From assembly GCA_963737065.1 (NCBI GenBank), contig CAVTRC010000001.1, positions 1,568,001-1,632,000 of the forward strand: a stretch of DNA of 64,000 nucleotides, given 5' to 3'. The notes under the pieces are model-generated. The model worked only from the letters and a program-made list of their open reading frames with translations. It was not told where the DNA came from and ran no database searches. The position numbers and the translations under genes are program-made. Shown piece by piece: positions 59,568 through 64,000 of this stretch (the first letter of the stretch is position 1; each line of letters begins with the position of its first letter). The stretch is from Candidatus Eremiobacteria bacterium. GTDB taxonomy: Bacteria; Vulcanimicrobiota; Vulcanimicrobiia; Vulcanimicrobiales; Vulcanimicrobiaceae.

Positions 59568-60932
59568 TTACTGACTAGAGCCGTTACCGTTCATGTCGTT
59601 GAGATGTGCGATGCGGTCGTCGACGTATTGGATCGCGCGCGCGAGCTGCGCGTCTTTGACCGGATCGCCGAAGCGTGGTTTCGCATTCTCTTCCACGACG
59701 ACATCGGGCGTGATGCCGAGATGGTTGATGTCGCGGTTGTGCGGCGTCAGATACCGCGCGGTCGTGATCTTCACGGCCGAACCGTCGCCGAGCGGAAAGA
59801 TCGTTTGCACGACGCCTTTGCCGAAGGTCTTCGTCCCCATGATCGTGCCCACGCCGCTATCCTGGATCGCGCCTGACGTGATCTCCGACGCCGAAGCGGT
59901 GTGCCCGTTCACGAGCACGACAAGCGGAACGGGTGTAATCGCCGTGTCGTTCGCTTCGAGCGTCGTGATGCTCGACGCGCGCGATTCGACCGAAACGATT
60001 GGTCCCGACGAGATGAACTTGGAGCTCACGCCGACCGCCGCTTCCAGATAACCGCCGCCGTTATCGCGCAAATCGAGAATATATGCACGCGCGCCGCGCT
60101 TCTGCAGCCGGTCGAGCGCCGTGTTCAATTCGTCGGCCGTGTCTTTGCCGAACACCGTGAGCGCGACGTACCCGATGTTGCCCGGCAGCATCTTGTCGAA
60201 CACGCTCATCTGATGGATTTCCGCGCGGGTGATCGTGATCGGCGCGAGCGCCTTGCCGCTGCGTTGGATGCCTAGCGTTACCTTCGTGCCTTGTTTGCCG
60301 CGAAGGTGTGCGCTTGCGCGATCGATGCTCCAGCCTTTCGTCGACTGTCCGTCGATTGAAACGATCTGATCGTCCTGCTGAATGCCGGCTTTGTCCGCGG
60401 GGCCGTCCGGAACGACGTTGCTCACCGCAATGTATTTCGAGCTGTCGTCGGCTTGAATCACGATGCCGGTACCGCCGAAGTTTCCGCCGTCGAGGCCACT
60501 GTTCAAGTCGGCGTAATCTTTCGGCGTCAAAAAGACCGTATAGCGATCGTTCACCGATCGCATGATGCCGTCAATCGCCGCATAGCTCAAGTCGCGCGAA
60601 CTAAGCGACGAGCCGGCCTTGTGCTCCGCTTGTTCGACGGCGAGGTCGATCGCGCGAACGTTCGACTGCGCGTTGTCGCTCGCGTGCAGCGCGGGAATCT
60701 TGACGTTTATATGACGAGCTTTGAGCGTCTTGTCCAATTCGTCGTGAACGGAATTCAGGACGTGCTGCGGATCGACGTGCTTATAAAACTCCGTCGTCAA
60801 ATCGCTGTAGCTGATTGCGATGCGATTGGCGTCGCCTGCCGCTAAGTGTGCGGTCTCGGCCGACGCAGCCGGAAGCTGAACGAGTGGTGCGGCAACGAGA
60901 GCCGCCAAGAACAGTGAGGAAAATCGTTTCAT
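59568..60932 (-). CDS. ctpA: S41A carboxyl-terminal processing protease, copy 1
   Basis: Signal peptide, PDZ, DLRDNGGG, TASASE, TFGKG. Confidence 0.9.
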   Translation of the reverse strand: MKRFSSLFLAALVAAPLVQLPAASAETAHLAAGDANRIAISYSDLTTEFYKHVDPQHVLNSVHDELDKTLKARHINVKIPALHASDNAQSNVRAIDLAVEQAEHKAGSSLSSRDLSYAAIDGIMRSVNDRYTVFLTPKDYADLNSGLDGGNFGGTGIVIQADDSSKYIAVSNVVPDGPADKAGIQQDDQIVSIDGQSTKGWSIDRASAHLRGKQGTKVTLGIQRSGKALAPITITRAEIHQMSVFDKMLPGNIGYVALTVFGKDTADELNTALDRLQKRGARAYILDLRDNGGGYLEAAVGVSSKFISSGPIVSVESRASSITTLEANDTAITPVPLVVLVNGHTASASEITSGAIQDSGVGTIMGTKTFGKGVVQTIFPLGDGSAVKITTARYLTPHNRDINHLGITPDVVVEENAKPRFGDPVKDAQLARAIQYVDDRIAHLNDMNGNGSSQ

Positions 60933-60938
60933 CCGTCT

Positions 60939-62339
60939 TTACTGTTGGGCGAGTTGTTTGAGGGTCGACTTCGCAACGGAAAGCTGCTTATCGTTCGGAG
61001 TATCGATCAACGCCGGGTCCACCGTCTGGTTGACGACGATGTCCGGCATGATCCCCTTGTGCTGAATATCGCGTCCGAGCGGCGTCACGTACCGTGCCGT
61101 CGTGATCTTCAGCGCACCGGCATCGGGCATCGGATAGATGCTTTGAACGACACCCTTTCCGAACGTCGTCGTGCCGATCAGTTTCGCGAGGTGGTAGTCT
61201 TGCAACGCCCCCGAGGTGATCTCCGATGCGCTTGCCGTGTACTTGTTCACGAGAACGACGACTGGTTGTAAGCCGCCGATCGCCGTTCCCAGCGCATCTT
61301 CTTCCGAGCGATTGCCTTGGCGGTCGATCGTCGCCACGATGGTCCCGTGAGGAATGAAGAAACTGGAGATCTTCACCGCGGCGTCGAGCAGACCGCCGCC
61401 GTTGTTGCGCAGGTCTAAAATATATCCCTTTGCGCCGTGTGCTCGCCCGTCGAGGAGCGCCTTACGGACCTCGTCGGCCGACGTCGTCCCGAAATCGGAT
61501 AGCCGGATGTACTCGTATCCGTTTTCCATTTTTGCGCGCACGGTCGGGACGTGAATCACTTCGCGCGTAATGGAAAATGTGTGCTCGCCCGTCTTGTTGT
61601 ACGGGTGCGTGCGCAGACGCACGATGCTGCCTTCCGGGCCCCGGATGAGCTGCTCGACCTTATCGAGCGTCATGCCGTTGACCGGTTTGTCATTTACCGC
61701 ATCGACGACTTCGCCCGGCTTCATGCCCGCGCGCGCGGCCGGAAGATCTTCGATCGGCTGCACGAGGACTTGTCCATTTTTCAATTGGTAGATGTAGACG
61801 CCGATGCCGCCGAAGTTGCCGCCGCTGAGCGACTCTTGTAATCCTTGAATCTCTTTCGGCGAGAGGTACACCGTGTAGGGGTCGTTGACCGAATCCATCA
61901 CGCCGCGCAGCGCGGTTTCCGTGAGGTCCGTCGATGCGTTCGCTCCCAAGTGCGAGGCGTAGTGTGACTCGGCGTACGAAAGGATCTGCACGACGTTGTC
62001 CGTGTTCGGCAACGAGACGTTGCTGAGGTGTTTCGCCTTCAGGTACTCATCGAGCGCTTTCGCTTCGCCGTGCGCCGGCGTCTGCGGATCGACCGGCTTA
62101 TAGTATGACGTCTCGAGTTTGTTCACCGCGACGTCGAGCAGTTGCGCCTGCGCGTTCGAGTCGCTGAGATATTGGCGCACGTCGCCCGTCGTCGCCACGG
62201 TGAGCGATCCGTCGGAACCTTCGGCCGTGCGCAGCACGTCGGCGCGCGTCAGGGCATATGCGGCACCCGCCGCAGCAATAAGGACAACGACGAGCGCGGC
62301 GAGGAGCGCACGGAATCTACCGGTCATAAGATCGATCAT
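60939..62339 (-). CDS. ctpA: S41A carboxyl-terminal processing protease, copy 2
   Basis: N-terminal anchor, DPYT, GIG PDZ, DLRNNGGG, TASASE, TFGKG. Confidence 0.9.
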   Translation of the reverse strand: MIDLMTGRFRALLAALVVVLIAAAGAAYALTRADVLRTAEGSDGSLTVATTGDVRQYLSDSNAQAQLLDVAVNKLETSYYKPVDPQTPAHGEAKALDEYLKAKHLSNVSLPNTDNVVQILSYAESHYASHLGANASTDLTETALRGVMDSVNDPYTVYLSPKEIQGLQESLSGGNFGGIGVYIYQLKNGQVLVQPIEDLPAARAGMKPGEVVDAVNDKPVNGMTLDKVEQLIRGPEGSIVRLRTHPYNKTGEHTFSITREVIHVPTVRAKMENGYEYIRLSDFGTTSADEVRKALLDGRAHGAKGYILDLRNNGGGLLDAAVKISSFFIPHGTIVATIDRQGNRSEEDALGTAIGGLQPVVVLVNKYTASASEITSGALQDYHLAKLIGTTTFGKGVVQSIYPMPDAGALKITTARYVTPLGRDIQHKGIMPDIVVNQTVDPALIDTPNDKQLSVAKSTLKQLAQQ

Positions 62340-62387
62340 ACCCGCTTAGCTTAACGCCTCGTGTGGGCTTGTGCGTTGCGTCTTCAC

Positions 62388-62701
62388 GGCTAACTTTTGC
62401 CTTATCGCGGCGTCAGCGGCCGGATCGTGGCCCCTAGGCCACTTCACCGGGCGGCTTCCTTGCGCTAAGGCAAAATTTAACCGTGAAGCTTTGGGGCCGG
62501 GTCGACGGGTTTTGCGTTGACCCGCACTTCGAAGTGCAGGTGTGGGCTAACGTTTGCCTTATCGCGGCGTCAGCGGCCGGATCGTGGCCCCTAGGCGACT
62601 TCACCGGGCCGCTTCCTTGCGCTAAGGCAAAATTTAACCGTGAAGCTTTGGGGTCGGGTCGACGGGTTTTCCGTTGACGCGCACTTCGAAGTGGAGGTGT
62701 G
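62388..62701. repeat. 157-bp direct tandem duplication (62388-62544 and 62545-62701), each unit with an ~80-bp inverted-repeat element
   Basis: Manual alignment gives 7 mismatches in 157 nt; element ends TTTTGCCTTATCGC / GCGCTAAGGCAAAA. Confidence 0.92.
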
Positions 62702-63833
62702 GACCGGTGGAGTGGCCCGTGCTCCCGACTGCTCCGATCGCCTGGCCCTTCTGAACTTGCTGGCCTACGGAGACGTAGATCGCCGAGAGATGCCCGTAGC
62801 CGGTCGCTAAGCCGCCGCCGTGATCCAGAAGAATGAAGTTGCCGTATCCGCCGTACCATTGTGCGAGGATAACGGTCCCGGACGCGGCCGCCGTGACGGT
62901 CGTTCCCATCGGTGCGGCGATGTCGAGCCCCGGGTGGAAGTCCGGCGCGCCGCCGAAGGGATTCGAACGCCAGCCGAACGGCGACGTGATCGTGCCGGAA
63001 ACCGGCCACCCGAGCGAACCGGGGCCACTGCTCGGCGCTTCGCTGCCGGTGATGCCCGCCGCGCGCCGCTGCGCTTCCCGCTGCTGTTCCAGTTCTTGCT
63101 CGCGTTCGCGGATCAAGCCCTCGAGGTTCGCTTCTTCTTGCGCTGAGAGATCTTCGATTTGCGCGACTTGCTGCGCGACGTGACGCCGTTGGACGTCGGC
63201 GACCGCGACGAGATTGCGCCGTTCGTCTGCAAGCGTATCGAGTTGATTCTGCGCGCGCTGCTGCGCGAGTTCTTGTGCTTGCAGTTCTTGCTGCGTGCGT
63301 TCGAGATCCGACTGCACGTCGGTCACTTTCGCTGCCGCTTCCTTACGTTCGCGAACCGCTTTTTCGTTTGCGTCGATCAGCAGGCGAAGGTCTTCCCAAC
63401 GCTCGACGAATTGCGTGAAGCTGTGCGCGGAGAGCAGTACCGCGGCGTAGCTCAGGTCGCCGTTCTCGTAGATGTCGACCAGTCGTCGCTTCAATGCGTC
63501 GTCATGGAGCGCGAGCGATTTTCGCGCGGCATTGAGTTCGATCGTATTCCATGCGATCTTCCGGCGCGTCGACTCGGCTTGCGCATCGAGGTCACCGAGC
63601 CGCGCGTTGACGTCGTGAATGGCGGCGTTTGTCTGCTCCAATTGCGCTTGCAGGTCGTTCTCGTGCGATGCCGCTTGATTGAGTTGGACGCGCTTCTGAT
63701 GAAGCTGAGTTTGAAGCGCTTGACTTTTTTGTCGTTCGGCTTGAATGCGCTGCTGCAGCGACGTGCGCGCCTGCGTAAACGAAGGCAGCAGCCCGAGCAA
63801 CAATGCGAAGACGACAAATCGGCGGATGATCAT
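62634..63833 (-). CDS. Coiled-coil M23 peptidase (EnvC/murein hydrolase activator-like architecture)
   Basis: Signal peptide, long coiled coil, WPV, HPGLD, YGHL, STGPHLHFEVR. Confidence 0.9.
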   Translation of the reverse strand: MIIRRFVVFALLLGLLPSFTQARTSLQQRIQAERQKSQALQTQLHQKRVQLNQAASHENDLQAQLEQTNAAIHDVNARLGDLDAQAESTRRKIAWNTIELNAARKSLALHDDALKRRLVDIYENGDLSYAAVLLSAHSFTQFVERWEDLRLLIDANEKAVRERKEAAAKVTDVQSDLERTQQELQAQELAQQRAQNQLDTLADERRNLVAVADVQRRHVAQQVAQIEDLSAQEEANLEGLIREREQELEQQREAQRRAAGITGSEAPSSGPGSLGWPVSGTITSPFGWRSNPFGGAPDFHPGLDIAAPMGTTVTAAASGTVILAQWYGGYGNFILLDHGGGLATGYGHLSAIYVSVGQQVQKGQAIGAVGSTGHSTGPHLHFEVRVNGKPVDPTPKLHG

Positions 63834-64000
63834 TGGCGGCGCTTGTCCTTGACGTAGGTGGATCCGGAGATCGACTTCGCGTACCGCTTCAGTTCCGCGG
63901 ACGCTTCGCCGACCTGAGCGTAATTGCTCAGTTGTCCGCGATCGTTCGAAACGATCGCAATCGAAAGCGACATGATCGGAAAACGATTGAGCGCACCGCG
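63830..64000 (-). CDS. C-terminus of a GGDEF-like domain protein (partial)
   Basis: Manual translation RGALNRFPIMSLSIAIV...ASAELKRYAKSISGSTYVKDKRRQ*; ATGA overlap with the M23 gene. Confidence 0.7.
   Translation of the reverse strand, partial: RGALNRFPIMSLSIAIVSNDRGQLSNYAQVGEASAELKRYAKSISGSTYVKDKRRQ

Noticed and set aside
62388..62701. Duplicated gene end as a DGR template/variable repeat pair
   Set aside because: Mismatches are mostly C/G rather than adenine-specific, and there is no reverse transcriptase in the window.
62388..62701. CRISPR array
   Set aside because: Only two long units, no unique spacers, no cas genes.

Overview
GC-rich, densely coding bacterial chromosomal segment with about 57 genes. 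I found no rRNA, tRNA, CRISPR array, prophage or intact transposase. The gene content (Cys-rich TonB-dependent receptor, lipoproteins, Terrabacteria-style min/rne genes) tentatively suggests Vulcanimicrobiota (Eremiobacterota/WPS-2); this is inference only. From left to right: (1) a MEDS protein and a candidate peptide-scavenging locus (class 3 asparaginase, peptide-binding lipoprotein fused to a cyanophycinase-like S51 domain, AAA-LuxR activator, TonB-dependent receptor, S9 peptidase); (2) glcDEF with a divergent lactate/glycolate permease and an OmpR-type two-component system; (3) two divergent operons, PLP decarboxylase/GT2/YqcI-YcgG/DUF1989 and galT-galK-GT-glf-GH1; (4) a PHA locus (two phaB, phaC, Rv0474-like XRE regulator, phasin-like protein, vapC remnant); (5) a MoxR/DUF58/DUF4350/DUF4129/SpoIIM/RDD cluster; (6) minC-minD-minD-minE-rodA preceded by DnaA boxes; (7) a tandem-PilZ pseudogene and rne followed by a HAD phosphatase with no canonical start codon, joined by a candidate -1 frameshift signal; (8) two S41 proteases, a 157-bp tandem duplication with an inverted-repeat element, an M23 peptidase and a GGDEF C-terminus. 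Seven +1 frameshifts in the first 19 kb look like assembly indels.
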